A DNA stretch of 64,000 bases from Minisyncoccia bacterium (GCA_044233485.1 JBIIJY010000001.1:16701-80700); one strand, 5' to 3'. Positions 27,480 through 37,934 are shown, numbered from the stretch's first letter. Numbers and translations are program-made. The notes: generated by a model not told the origin, from the letters alone.

Positions 27480-29750
27480 TTATTTTGCAAAAATAGAACC
27501 TTGATCAAACGATATCGAGAGGAGACGAGAATGACCCTCCTGACTCATCGTGACGCCATAGATGATCCCCGCTCGTGACATCGTCTCACGGTTGTGGGTG
27601 ATTACAATAAGCTGTGAGTACTTTGCCAGACTTTCAATCATATCGCCGTACTTGCGACTATTCGCCTCATCGAGTGCCGCATCTGTCTCATCGAGAATAA
27701 TAAACGGTGGTGGATTTACTTGAGAAATCGCAAAGAGGAGCGCGATTGACGTGAGGGCTCGTTCACCACCAGAGAGCATGTGCAGTCCTTTTATTTTTTT
27801 ACGTGGAAGACTTACCTCGATCTCGACCCCTTCAAACACTTCCACTGGCGCCTCAGCGTCAACCACCTCATCACCGTTCAAATCATACACCGGACGAGCA
27901 CGTCGCTCTTCTCGTGAGACAGCCAGCTTTCCTTCCCCACCACCAAACATTAGTTTGAAAAAAGCACCAAACTGCTCATTGATCTTTCCGAGTCCTTCTT
28001 TAAAGGCGCCGGTTAATTTTTCTTCGAGGTCTGCAATCAATGTCTCGAGTGATTCTTTTGCCACTCGAAGATCCGTGAGCTCTTTTGTCAAAAATTCATC
28101 TCGCTCACTCGTCTCTTTATATTCTCGCTCCACCTCGACACCACCCCCAGCTCCCATATCTTCTATTTTTAGTTTTTTACGCTCTACCTGTCGTCGACGT
28201 TCAATCTGAACCCGGCGATCTTCTGTGGCGATAGTCTCGAGTGGGACGGGAACACCCGCCTCGTCAGAGAGAACCAGCGTCTCATACTCATAGACCTGTC
28301 GACCGACAAGCACTCGTCCTTCCTCAACTTCACGTTTAAAGGAAGCCTCTTCCTCGAGAAGCATACCCTTGCGAGCTGCCAGCGCACTCTGTGCCTGTGC
28401 TGCTTCACGCTGAAGTGAAGTCAAGGTGATCATCTCTTTTTCTGCATCACGCTTAGAATCTTTGTCGGCTTCGATCTCAAGTGTTACTTTCTGATACTGT
28501 CCTTCGGCTTCGGAGAGCACTTTTTCAAGCTCTGAGATTTTGGCGACAAGATCTACTTCGCAAGTCTCAAGTTTGGCGATCTCGCTTATAAGCTCGGCAG
28601 TGGCCTGTGGTGTCGCATGGCTACTATATTCTTCAACGATTCGTGATACTTCTTCGACGAGTTCTGTGACACCACGACGGAGATCATCGAGGGACTCAGA
28701 CCTGAGAAGCTCCCGCTGACGCTCACTCATGAGCACAACACTACGTTTTACGCGAGAGAGCGGTATCGGTACGTCTTTAGCCAATTCCTGCTCTTGTCGT
28801 TCCTTAAGGCGCTTTACACTTTTTATCTCACCCTGAATACGACCGAGCTCTACCTGCACTTGAGAGATATGAGAACGTGCGTCTCTGACTTTCTGCTGGG
28901 CACTCGAGAGCGCCTCGCTAAGTGCGTCTTTACCATTTGAGACAGCAATGAGTGATTGTGCTTGTGAGAGTCGCGCTTCAAGCTCGGCACTGCGAGTCTT
29001 GGCAAAAGACTCTTCCGTCTCAAGATTCGTGCGACTGTGCGCCAGATAGACTCGTTCGCGAGCCAGGTACGCCACGAGCTCTTTGCACAATTCTTCTTTG
29101 AGACTTCGCGCCTCGTGAATTCGCTCAACTTGTTTCTTGAGGAATTTTAAATGTGGTGCAAGTTCTCGTCGCTGGCTTTCCACTTGCTTCATATTCTCTT
29201 CTGTCTTGGCGAGTTTTCGCTCACTCTCTTCTTTCTTGTACTGATAGACTTTAAGACCGAGAGCATCCTCGACCATTTCTCGACGCTCTTTCGTACTCGC
29301 CGACAAGATACGATCAGCCTCACCCTGAGAGATGATATGGTGACCCGAAGCGCCAATACGTGCCTGTGCAAGCAGTTCAGCAACGTCCTTGAGGCGCACG
29401 CTCGAACCATTGATAAAATACTCATTCACCCCATCTCGATGAACAACACGTTCAATAGTCACTTCCGGAAAATCGATTTGAAACAATTTACGGGAATTAT
29501 CAAATGTCAGGCGAACATTAGCTCGGTTCAGCCGACTCCCACCACTGCCACCGTTATAGATGAGATCCTCACCTTTCTTCCCACGCATCGACTTCATCGA
29601 CTGCTCACCCAAGACAAAACGAAACGCTTCGGCAACATTGGACTTTCCAGATCCGTTTGGGCCTACCACACCAGAGATCTGCGAGGTAAATGAAAGCTCG
29701 GCTTTTTTGCCGAATGATTTGAACCCATTGATTTCGAGACTTTTGAGCAC
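27480..29750 (-). CDS. smc: SMC-family chromosome segregation ATPase (short form, 756 aa).
   Basis: N-terminal Walker A GPNGSGKSN. Long coiled coils. C-terminal ABC signature LSGGERALTSIALLFAI and Walker B FIILDETDAALD. Confidence 0.8.
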   Translation of the reverse strand: MLKSLEINGFKSFGKKAELSFTSQISGVVGPNGSGKSNVAEAFRFVLGEQSMKSMRGKKGEDLIYNGGSGGSRLNRANVRLTFDNSRKLFQIDFPEVTIERVVHRDGVNEYFINGSSVRLKDVAELLAQARIGASGHHIISQGEADRILSASTKERREMVEDALGLKVYQYKKEESERKLAKTEENMKQVESQRRELAPHLKFLKKQVERIHEARSLKEELCKELVAYLARERVYLAHSRTNLETEESFAKTRSAELEARLSQAQSLIAVSNGKDALSEALSSAQQKVRDARSHISQVQVELGRIQGEIKSVKRLKERQEQELAKDVPIPLSRVKRSVVLMSERQRELLRSESLDDLRRGVTELVEEVSRIVEEYSSHATPQATAELISEIAKLETCEVDLVAKISELEKVLSEAEGQYQKVTLEIEADKDSKRDAEKEMITLTSLQREAAQAQSALAARKGMLLEEEASFKREVEEGRVLVGRQVYEYETLVLSDEAGVPVPLETIATEDRRVQIERRRQVERKKLKIEDMGAGGGVEVEREYKETSERDEFLTKELTDLRVAKESLETLIADLEEKLTGAFKEGLGKINEQFGAFFKLMFGGGEGKLAVSREERRARPVYDLNGDEVVDAEAPVEVFEGVEIEVSLPRKKIKGLHMLSGGERALTSIALLFAISQVNPPPFIILDETDAALDEANSRKYGDMIESLAKYSQLIVITHNRETMSRAGIIYGVTMSQEGHSRLLSISFDQGSIFAK

Positions 29751-29821
29751 CCTTCTATTTTAGTACACTTTTGGCCAAATCAAAAAGCCGGATGCGCGTG
29801 TTTCGCGCATCCGGCCCGTAT

Positions 29822-30178
29822 TTACCAATCTCTTGGAAATCGTCCAGTGTAGTCTGCTCCAGGTTGGAGCGCTTTGACTTCCTGGATCTTTTCCAACAGA
29901 TCGTCGTCTGCCATCCCGTCAACCGGGACAGTGACTCCTCGGAATATCCTTGCAATCACATCTGGATCGAAAGTAACGAGAAAGCCCTGCGACTCTCTTG
30001 TTACCTCCGCGTATGTGACTTCCGTTATAGACACCTTGTATCCTTCACCATCTTTTGTGATGGCAACCACAGACCACCGATTCACATCAGTAGGGTTGAG
30101 GCTGTAGAGTTTCAAGGCGCTCGGAATCCCGGTGATAACTGCGATGCTTACCTGCGTAACATCAAAAGTTCTCATCAT
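29822..30178 (-). CDS. Hypothetical protein (118 aa).
   Basis: ORF between smc and rnc. No motif recognised. Confidence 0.4.
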   Translation of the reverse strand: MMRTFDVTQVSIAVITGIPSALKLYSLNPTDVNRWSVVAITKDGEGYKVSITEVTYAEVTRESQGFLVTFDPDVIARIFRGVTVPVDGMADDDLLEKIQEVKALQPGADYTGRFPRDW

Positions 30179-30286
30179 TCATAATTATATCATATATACA
30201 GTATATGTCAATATACATCCTGGTTGTTCTGGTAGCCTGAAAAAGCACCGTTTACGGTGCTTTTTCAGGCTAGTAGGTAAGCAGAC

Positions 30287-30982
30287 TTAGCGTATTTTCC
30301 AACCCTTCACTTCCATACCTTTTCGGGCGGCCATCTGCTCTGCCTCTTGTTTTGACTGACCTTCCCCTTCTGCCACTTTTTCTTCACCGATATAGACCCC
30401 CATCACAAACCGTTTATCATGATCTGGACCGACTTCTCGGACAAGCTTGTAACTTGGAGTGATCCCTCGCTCTTCTTGGGCTCGTTCCTGGAAGAAGCTC
30501 TTGGCGTCCACCATCGCATTTGCTTTGATGATGTCGGGAAGTGTCGGAGTGACGTAGGTGAGGATAAACTTCTGCGCCGCATCATATCCTTGGTCGAGAA
30601 AGATCGCCCCCGTGAGCGCCTCGAAAGTATTTGCCAAAATATGTCCACGAGCTCGGCCAGTATCTTTACGTTCACCACGAGACAGGAGTAAATGCTCATC
30701 TAGACCGAGCGTATCAGCGATTTTTCCGAGATTGACGGTATTGACCAGTGCCGAACGAAGGACAGTCATTTCCCCTTCTGGTTTATGAGGATACGTACGG
30801 TAAAGGAAATCAGTGACAATAAGCTCGAGCACCGCGTCACCGAGGTACTCCAAACGCTCATTATGAGTCGTTCCACGACCACGATTCTCGTTCAGGTACG
30901 AACGATGCGTAAACGCAGTTTCAAGGAGGGACTCGTTTTTAAATTGTATTGAAATTTTTTTCTGAAACGTAGCGAGTGACAT
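30287..30982 (-). CDS. rnc: Ribonuclease III.
   Basis: RNase III signature ERLEYLGDAVLELIV plus a C-terminal dsRBD. Confidence 0.9.
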   Translation of the reverse strand: MSLATFQKKISIQFKNESLLETAFTHRSYLNENRGRGTTHNERLEYLGDAVLELIVTDFLYRTYPHKPEGEMTVLRSALVNTVNLGKIADTLGLDEHLLLSRGERKDTGRARGHILANTFEALTGAIFLDQGYDAAQKFILTYVTPTLPDIIKANAMVDAKSFFQERAQEERGITPSYKLVREVGPDHDKRFVMGVYIGEEKVAEGEGQSKQEAEQMAARKGMEVKGWKIR

Positions 30983-30991
30983 ACGCGAGAG

Positions 30992-31891
30992 TTATTTGCC
31001 TGCCAAGTAGAGAGAGACCGCCTGGGAAACGATTGGGACAATGTCTGGATAAAAATTGAGATCACCTACATCTTCTACCTTAAACCACTGTGCTTTATCA
31101 AGACCGCCAGAGGTAGCCAAAACTAGCGGCTTGTACGGCGCAGTCGCATAGCAAAATGTGACCTGCTTTCGTATTTTTCCTTTTTCAGGATCAGTAGCAA
31201 TGTACTCATTTTTTCCAAGCTCAGTACCAGCCTCTATCGGTACGCCGATTTCTTCTGACACGACACGATTTACTCCGATGACGAGGTTTTCGTCGGGAAG
31301 TAGGTGTCCTTTAGGTAGAGTCCAGTGACCAAACACATCATGCACAAGAGCAATATAAGCCTGATCACTCTCTGTCGCAACCACGACGGCGCCACCCAGA
31401 GCCTCAATAGGCATCTTTTCGTACGGAATCGTAAACTTATTTTTCGGTTGTGGTTTTGCATCTTTGTCAGGTTCACCCATTTCTTTAAATACGGTACCCA
31501 GTACCCCATTGATAAACTTTCCACTATTCTCTCCTCCAAAAGTCTTTGCTAGTTCAATTGATTCATTGATAGCTACCTTTGAAGGCACTTCCCCCTTGTC
31601 AGCGAAAATAAGCTCAAAGAGCCCGATACGCAAAACGTTTCGGTCTACAGCAGAGATCTTATCAAGTGGCCACTCTGGCGCAGCTTTGACGATAATTGCA
31701 TCAATCTCTTTTTGTTTAGAGATGATTCCTTTGAGGAGTTTATTAACGAAATTGAGATCGGTCAGACCAGGCGCATATTCTTCACAATCTCGAACAGCAA
31801 TAGCAAGTGCTTCTTCTTCAGTGCAGCCACGAAAATCCCATTCGAAGAGTACCTGAAGAACGAGTGAGCGGGCTAAGTGTCTGTTTGCCAT
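30992..31891 (-). CDS. nusB: NusB antitermination factor fused to a C-terminal NUDIX hydrolase domain.
   Basis: NusB N-terminus RSLVLQVLFEWDF. The C-terminal half has a Nudix box GHLLPDENLVIGVNRVVSEEIGV (GX5EX7REUXEEXGU). Confidence 0.75.
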   Translation of the reverse strand: MANRHLARSLVLQVLFEWDFRGCTEEEALAIAVRDCEEYAPGLTDLNFVNKLLKGIISKQKEIDAIIVKAAPEWPLDKISAVDRNVLRIGLFELIFADKGEVPSKVAINESIELAKTFGGENSGKFINGVLGTVFKEMGEPDKDAKPQPKNKFTIPYEKMPIEALGGAVVVATESDQAYIALVHDVFGHWTLPKGHLLPDENLVIGVNRVVSEEIGVPIEAGTELGKNEYIATDPEKGKIRKQVTFCYATAPYKPLVLATSGGLDKAQWFKVEDVGDLNFYPDIVPIVSQAVSLYLAGK

Positions 31892-31930
31892 TGGTGTTTG
31901 TGTAAAGTGCGTCCGGATCGAGAGAGGAGA

Positions 31931-32152
31931 CTATTTTGTCTCTTTCGGCGCGGACTTCTTTGATTTTCGCGCTACTGCCTCTACTTTGTCAATAATAGTT
32001 ATCCCCCGATACATACCAGTATCAAGTGACACTCGATGTCGGAGATGTGGAACACCTCCGTCTTTTGGAGTGGTGAGCGCTCGCGCTTCAAGAGCGTGAT
32101 GAGCTCGTCGTTGGTCGCGCTGTGAGCGCGTATGTCGCATTCGTACTACCAT
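31931..32152 (-). CDS. rpmF: 50S ribosomal protein bL32.
   Basis: RHTRSQRDQRRAHHAL...KDGGVPHLRHRVSLDTGMYRGI matches L32 (SRSRRDMRRSHDAL...HLRHH...YRG). The start was set at the internal Met. Confidence 0.7.
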   Translation of the reverse strand: MVVRMRHTRSQRDQRRAHHALEARALTTPKDGGVPHLRHRVSLDTGMYRGITIIDKVEAVARKSKKSAPKETK

Positions 32153-32424
32153 AATGTGTACTATAGTACTACAGTTTAGTCTAAAAGGCAACAAAGGGCG
32201 GGCAACTTTTGGTCGCCCGCCCTGATTCCCTGCATTTCACCAACCACTACCCGCTGCGCGCGGATGCTTCTTCGCATACCGACTCTTCCCGGTCGGATTC
32301 TTCATCCGTGTAGCTCGCGTAGCTGCCTGGGCGCTACGCTGGGCTCGCCGACGCCTTTCCCTGCACAATTTCGTAGGTACTTGATATCACCTCCTTTCCG
32401 TTCGATTTGTAATTATAGTATCGC

Positions 32425-33030
32425 TTAAACAAGTTCTGTCAATTTTCGCAAAAAACTTTTTCGATGAATCGGTGTAGTCCCCAGACTACCGATCGCCTTT
32501 CGATGCTCGAGGGTGCCATAACCACAGTTACGCGCGAAGCCGTAGCCAGGATACTTCGACTCAATCTTTTTCATATACGCATCACGAGTCTCTTTGGCAC
32601 AGATAGAGGCAAGGCCGATAGTAAAATGTGCACTGTCACCTCGAATGATAGTTGTCTGATTGGTGAATTCCCCTGGCGCTCGCAAGCCCCCGTCAAGGAG
32701 TATCTTCACTGAAGTCGGAAGATTGTTTCGCTCTGTAATCACCTTGAGAGCTTTCGTTAGTGCTTTGTCGATTGCTGGCACTATCCCTTTTGTATCAATA
32801 TACGTCGAAGCAATAGAAACGACTTCAAAGTCAATTCCCAGGCTTGCTTTCTCCTGCTTAAGAAAGCGGTATATCTCCGCTCGCTTTTTCGCACTCAACT
32901 GTTTTGAATCAAAATTACCAACAAAAAATTTTCGTGCCTGCTCCGGGACGAGTAGTGCACATACAGTTACTGGCCCAGCCAGTGGCCCCCGCCCGACTTC
33001 ATCAATACCAATACAAAATCGTTGCTTCAC
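32425..33030 (-). CDS. rnhB: Ribonuclease HII.
   Basis: The N-terminus IGIDEVGRGPLAGPV is typical of RNase HII. Confidence 0.9.
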   Translation of the reverse strand: MKQRFCIGIDEVGRGPLAGPVTVCALLVPEQARKFFVGNFDSKQLSAKKRAEIYRFLKQEKASLGIDFEVVSIASTYIDTKGIVPAIDKALTKALKVITERNNLPTSVKILLDGGLRAPGEFTNQTTIIRGDSAHFTIGLASICAKETRDAYMKKIESKYPGYGFARNCGYGTLEHRKAIGSLGTTPIHRKSFLRKLTELV

Positions 33031-33034
33031 CCGA

Positions 33035-33535
33035 CTAGTCTACCAAAAAAGTGATTACAGGGAGTCCTGTCATATTCGTACATTCATTATATGTAGCAAA
33101 GCCTGCCATGTCAGAAGCATAGCCAATAACTACCGGGCGGCCTGCACAGTTACTACCAGTTACACTCCACCAAGTGAGAAAGACCGCATTGGCTGAGTAC
33201 CCATACCAACGATACGTGCCTGGAGGAACGTTTGAAGTGTATCCGAGAGGGTCATTGGGCATTGTCGGCATCCAGTTTGCCACAAATGTACCAACCGCAC
33301 CCCACGCACTAGAATCTACCCAAGAAACTGTCGGCAATGTACCCGTCTCCGACTGCGCTGCACGAATCGCGTCGCGAATCTGTCGAAGCTCCATAGTACG
33401 GCGTGCGATGCGAGCCTTGGTGCGAGTGGTGTTGAGCGTTGAAAGCACCACACTCGAGAGCATGCCAATGATCGAGATCACAACGAGGAGTTCGATGAGG
33501 GTGAAGGCTTTGGGATTTTTCCTAAATAGCGTCAT
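33035..33535 (-). CDS. Type IV pilin-like protein (prepilin N-terminal methylation motif).
   Basis: KAFTLIELLVVISIIGMLSSVVL is a class III signal/prepilin motif. Confidence 0.8.
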   Translation of the reverse strand: MTLFRKNPKAFTLIELLVVISIIGMLSSVVLSTLNTTRTKARIARRTMELRQIRDAIRAAQSETGTLPTVSWVDSSAWGAVGTFVANWMPTMPNDPLGYTSNVPPGTYRWYGYSANAVFLTWWSVTGSNCAGRPVVIGYASDMAGFATYNECTNMTGLPVITFLVD

Positions 33536-33552
33536 GTCGACTTAGTGATTAG

Positions 33553-34050
33553 TTATAAGATACAGTCTGTATCAGTAAATGTGCCACCAACACTAAAATC
33601 AACCCCACGAGTAGTCTGTTCTCGTGCCACTCCATTTGAATCTACACAAAACCACGTACCAGTACCCCGAAGCTGCACCACCATAGCCCAGCGCCCGGTC
33701 GGCGCAACCGCGCATGAAACGCTCGTCAAATTATTAAAACAGTTTGCTAAAGCACTCGAGATACACATACTCTGATTTGCGGTCTGGGTTCCGTTTGTGT
33801 GTGCATTGCGATACATCTCACCAGTATTTGTCCCGGCGGTACATAAAGTATCGTAGGTGCCAGTAGTATCGAAGAGCAGGGCAGCGGCTGTACGCACCTG
33901 ACTGAGCTGGTTTTTAACAGTCGAGTTTCGCGCTTTATCACGAGCACTATTTAAACTCGAGAGCACCACACTTGAGAGCATACCAATAATCGAGATCACG
34001 ACGAGGAGTTCGATGAGGGTAAACGCGCGTAGATTTCTATGTTCACTCAT
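33553..34050 (-). CDS. Type IV pilin-like protein (second tandem copy).
   Basis: LRAFTLIELLVVISIIGMLSSVVL. The start was set at the internal Met. Confidence 0.8.
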   Translation of the reverse strand: MSEHRNLRAFTLIELLVVISIIGMLSSVVLSSLNSARDKARNSTVKNQLSQVRTAAALLFDTTGTYDTLCTAGTNTGEMYRNAHTNGTQTANQSMCISSALANCFNNLTSVSCAVAPTGRWAMVVQLRGTGTWFCVDSNGVAREQTTRGVDFSVGGTFTDTDCIL

Positions 34051-34158
34051 TATGCACCAAGTATAGACCATACATGTGGATTAGTTACACACAGGTGTCT
34101 GTGGATACCGTAAAAAGCCACTCGCCCAGACGGTGTGATTTAGGTACAATAGACTCAC

Positions 34159-37100
34159 TTGTCTATCATGTCGTTCACCCATCTTCACGTCCATTCTCAC
34201 TATTCACTCTTGCAAGCCCTGCCCAAGATCAGTGATCTCGTCGAACACGCAAAAACTCTGGGTTGTAGTGCCCTTGCTCTGACGGACAATGGCAACCTCT
34301 ACGGAGCTATCGATTTTTACAAAGAGTGTAAGGGTGCTGGTATCAAAGCAATTATTGGCTGTGATCTCTATATCGCCGCTCGAACTCGTTTTGATAAGCA
34401 GTCCGGAGTGGACTCTCGAGGACGGACTCGCATTCTCGTCCTTGCTCGCAATCTCGAGGGGTACAAAACCTTGATGCGACTCGTGACTGATTCATACCTC
34501 GAGGGCTTTTACTACAAACCGCGAGTCGATCACGACCTCCTCAGTAAGCACCACGAAGGGCTTATTGCCATCGCTCCAACTTTCTCAAGCGACATCGCTC
34601 AAGCGCTGAAAAATGGCGACAAGGCCAAAGCTCTCGAACTAGTCACCTTCTACAAAAATCTCTACGGAGCAACAAACTTTTATATTGAAATAGTTCGCCA
34701 CAAAGACAATCCAGAGCATGTTGAGATATCAGAAAAGATGCTCGCCCTTGCCCGGGAGACACAGACACCGATTCTCGCCTGCCACGATGTCTTTTACTTG
34801 CTTCCAGAAGATAAAGCCGCTCGAAACACCCTGATGATGGTGCAAACTTCCGGCGACCCGAGTGAACGCTTTGGCAACGATCCAAACGATTATTCATTTG
34901 TCCCTCCGGAAGAAATGAAGAAGCGCTTTGCAGATATTCCTGACGCGTATGAAAATGTAGAGAAACTCGTGGAAGAAATCAACCTCGATGTTCCCCTTGG
35001 AAAATGGGTATTTCCAGATATCAAAATCCCCGAAGGAACCACCTACGACGGCGAGCTCAAGCGTATTGTTTATGAAGGGTTTCCTCGACGCGGTGTTCCC
35101 CAATCAGAAGAGATAGTAAAGCGAGTCGAGTATGAACTCTCGGTGATTAAGCAAAAAGGGTATGCTCCCTACTTCCTCGTAGTGGCTGACTTGCTTCGCT
35201 ATGCTCGAGAAAATGGAATCCTTTCAAACATTCGAGGATCTGTCTCTGGCTCGATGGTGACATACCTCTCTGGCATTACCAATATCGACCCACTCGAATA
35301 TCAAATTCCTTTCGAACGATTCTTGAACCCTGAGCGACCTTCAGCGCCTGATATCGATATGGACTACGCTGATAACCGGCGAGATGAAATGTTTGAGTAC
35401 ATCAAGGGTAAGTACGGTGCCGATCGTATCGCACAGATTGGTACGTTTGGAACGATGATGGCCCGTGGATCCGTACGAGACACATCTCGGGCTCTCGGTT
35501 TTTCATACGAAATCGGTGACCAGATCGCCAAGCTCATCCCAATGGGTAAGCAAGGTTTCCCAATGACCATTGACCTCGCTCTCGAAGAAGTTCCTGAGCT
35601 CAAGAAACTCTACGATGAAGACGAAGACGTAAAGACGATTATCGACATGGCGCGAAAGATTGAAGGGTGTGCTCGACACATTTCGGTGCACGCTGCCGGT
35701 ACGGTGATCGCGCCGAGCGCTCTGACCGACTTCACTCCGATTCAGTACGATACCAAAGAAGGTAACAAGATTATTACTCAGTACGATATGTACTCAGTCG
35801 AAGACGCCGGCCTTTTGAAATTCGACTTTCTCGGACTCACCAACCTCTCAATCATCAAGTCGGCGATTGACCTTGTTCGTAGACACTATGGAATCGAGAT
35901 CGATATCGACAAAGTAGCCGTAAACGACAAAAAAACGTTCGAGATGCTTGCCCGCGGAGAGACAGTCGACACCTTCCAGCTGAACGGTGACGGCATGACT
36001 CGTTTCCTTATGGAATTGAAGCCGACAACCATTCACGACATCAATGCGATGGTCGCTCTCTATCGTCCAGGCCCGATCCAGTTTATTCCTGAGTATATTG
36101 CTCGTAAGCATGGTAAATCTCCTATCCTCTACCTCGACCCTGCTCTCGAGCCTATCCTTGAAAAGACGTACGGAATCCTTGTCTATCAAGACGACCTTCT
36201 CATGATGGCGCACAAACTCGCTGGCTACTCATGGGGTGAAGTTGATAAATTCCGAAAGGCCGTTGGTAAGAAAATCCCTGAGGAGATGGCACTCCAGAAA
36301 GAAAAGTTTATCCAAGGGTGTGTAAAATATTCTGGCTGGGAACTTTCGAAAGCCCAGGAGATTTGGAAATGGATTGAACCATTTGCTTCATACGGTTTCA
36401 ACAAAGCTCACTCAGTGTCGTATGGTCGTGTTGCCTACATCACCGCCTATCTGAAGGCAAACTACCCGGTTGAATACATGACCGCAACACTCAACGCGGA
36501 GACCGGCGAGATCGAGAAAGTCGGTGTAACCGTCGCCGAGTGTAAGCGCATGGGACTTTTAGTACTGCCTCCTGATATCAATTCGAGCTTCGAAAACTTC
36601 ACCGCCATCAAAGGCGTTGACGGTACGCCGGACACGATTCGCTTCGGACTAACGACAATCAAAAACTTCGGTGAAGGTATCGCTAAGGCCATCATTACTG
36701 AACGACAAAAAAACGGTACCTTCACCTCACTGGCAAACTTTCTCGAACGAGTTCTCGACAGAAATCTTAATAAAAAATCTCTCGAGGCGTTGATCATGGC
36801 CGGCGCACTCGACGCCTTTGGAGAGCGTGGCACAATGCTTGCCAACATCGAACGCCTCCTCGCGTTCAACAAAGAGCATTCAAAGAATACTGGGGCAATG
36901 GATTCACTCTTTGGAGGACTTGAGCAACACTCGAGCGAGCAGTACCTCAAACTTGAACCGACTCCTCCGACACCGCCAGCGATTCGCCTCGCCTGGGAAA
37001 AAGAACTTCTCGGACTCTATGTCTCAGGACATCCACTCGACCCATGGAAGAAACGCATCGAGGAAAAGAAGTCGAGTATCGCTACTACTCTTACGACGGC

Positions 37101-37359
37101 AAAAAATAAACAACCCGTTCTCATTGCTGGCATCATCGAAGAGGTCAAAGAGATTCAGACAAAAAATAAAGAGCTCATGGCTTTCGTGAAGCTCGCTGAT
37201 TTTACCGGTAGCATCGAAACGGTTGTCTTCCCGAAAACGTATCCAACCCTCAAAGAGATCTTAAAACAAGATGCCGTAGTGGCAATCAAAGGGACACTTT
37301 CGAAACGTGACGATGAATGGAGTATTTTGGTCGATGGCGCAAAAAAGCTTGAATCCTAG
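34159..37359 (+). CDS. dnaE: DNA polymerase III alpha subunit.
   Basis: PHP domain HLHVHSHYSLLQ. Polymerase core, then HhH and OB domains. 1066 aa. Confidence 0.95.
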   Translation: MSIMSFTHLHVHSHYSLLQALPKISDLVEHAKTLGCSALALTDNGNLYGAIDFYKECKGAGIKAIIGCDLYIAARTRFDKQSGVDSRGRTRILVLARNLEGYKTLMRLVTDSYLEGFYYKPRVDHDLLSKHHEGLIAIAPTFSSDIAQALKNGDKAKALELVTFYKNLYGATNFYIEIVRHKDNPEHVEISEKMLALARETQTPILACHDVFYLLPEDKAARNTLMMVQTSGDPSERFGNDPNDYSFVPPEEMKKRFADIPDAYENVEKLVEEINLDVPLGKWVFPDIKIPEGTTYDGELKRIVYEGFPRRGVPQSEEIVKRVEYELSVIKQKGYAPYFLVVADLLRYARENGILSNIRGSVSGSMVTYLSGITNIDPLEYQIPFERFLNPERPSAPDIDMDYADNRRDEMFEYIKGKYGADRIAQIGTFGTMMARGSVRDTSRALGFSYEIGDQIAKLIPMGKQGFPMTIDLALEEVPELKKLYDEDEDVKTIIDMARKIEGCARHISVHAAGTVIAPSALTDFTPIQYDTKEGNKIITQYDMYSVEDAGLLKFDFLGLTNLSIIKSAIDLVRRHYGIEIDIDKVAVNDKKTFEMLARGETVDTFQLNGDGMTRFLMELKPTTIHDINAMVALYRPGPIQFIPEYIARKHGKSPILYLDPALEPILEKTYGILVYQDDLLMMAHKLAGYSWGEVDKFRKAVGKKIPEEMALQKEKFIQGCVKYSGWELSKAQEIWKWIEPFASYGFNKAHSVSYGRVAYITAYLKANYPVEYMTATLNAETGEIEKVGVTVAECKRMGLLVLPPDINSSFENFTAIKGVDGTPDTIRFGLTTIKNFGEGIAKAIITERQKNGTFTSLANFLERVLDRNLNKKSLEALIMAGALDAFGERGTMLANIERLLAFNKEHSKNTGAMDSLFGGLEQHSSEQYLKLEPTPPTPPAIRLAWEKELLGLYVSGHPLDPWKKRIEEKKSSIATTLTTAKNKQPVLIAGIIEEVKEIQTKNKELMAFVKLADFTGSIETVVFPKTYPTLKEILKQDAVVAIKGTLSKRDDEWSILVDGAKKLES

Positions 37360-37373
37360 CTCTTCGCGAGGGC

Positions 37374-37401
37374 TTGACTAATCTGTATATAGTAGTATAA
37401 T
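37374..37401 (+). promoter_or_regulatory. Sigma70-like promoter (TTGACT, 16-nt spacer, TATAAT) driving a short non-coding transcript.
   Basis: ggcTTGACTaatctgtatatagtagTATAATtat. Confidence 0.5.
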
Positions 37402-37407
37402 TATATA

Positions 37408-37536
37408 TGAGAGGTGAGTCGGTTGTGTACCAGTCTCCGTGTGTCTGGAATACAATCTATTCACCCGCTGCCTCCGTGTGGAGAACAGTGTAAAAATCTC
37501 GACGGGTCGCCCACCTTGTGCGATCCGTTTTTTTTA
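37408..37536 (+). ncRNA. Candidate small RNA (~130 nt) of unknown family.
   Basis: Bounded by a consensus promoter and a rho-independent terminator (acgggtcgc-ccaccttgt-gcgatccgt followed by tttttttt). No ORF. Confidence 0.3.
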
Positions 37537-37633
37537 TATTTTAAACTCTATAACACCACCATCTTCTCCCAACAGAAAACCCACCTCTCAAGCATGGATT
37601 TTCCGTGTTTGAGATGGTGGGTGGACGAATGAC

Positions 37634-37852
37634 TTACGCCGACACTCTTTCATGAGCGCGTTGAGATTCTTCCTGTTCATCGGAAAGAAAATCTTCGCAC
37701 TCTTTTTCGGTGCCGACAAAGACATCCATATCGAGGCCATACATACACACAACGACGTGTGAAGATGCGGGGCCATCGGTGTTAGGGTTTTGCCTGACTT
37801 CGAGATCTGAAATGCTCCAGACTTGAGTTGCTACTACTCCAGTTTTTGTCAT
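37634..37852 (-). CDS. Hypothetical small acidic protein (72 aa).
   Basis: ORF followed on the minus strand by a terminator hairpin at about 37570-37615. Composition is the only support. Confidence 0.3.
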   Translation of the reverse strand: MTKTGVVATQVWSISDLEVRQNPNTDGPASSHVVVCMYGLDMDVFVGTEKECEDFLSDEQEESQRAHERVSA

Positions 37853-37934
37853 AACAAAGGACTCCTTAATGTTTGGGTCGATTTATACTGTTCAACTACT
37901 ATTATATCAATATAATAGTACTATGTCAAGTATC

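Noticed and set aside
34289-37189. Short ORFs on both strands inside dnaE (for example 34289..34474, 36462..36950, 36818..37189).
   Set aside because: They are embedded in a 1066-aa ORF with unambiguous DnaE motifs.
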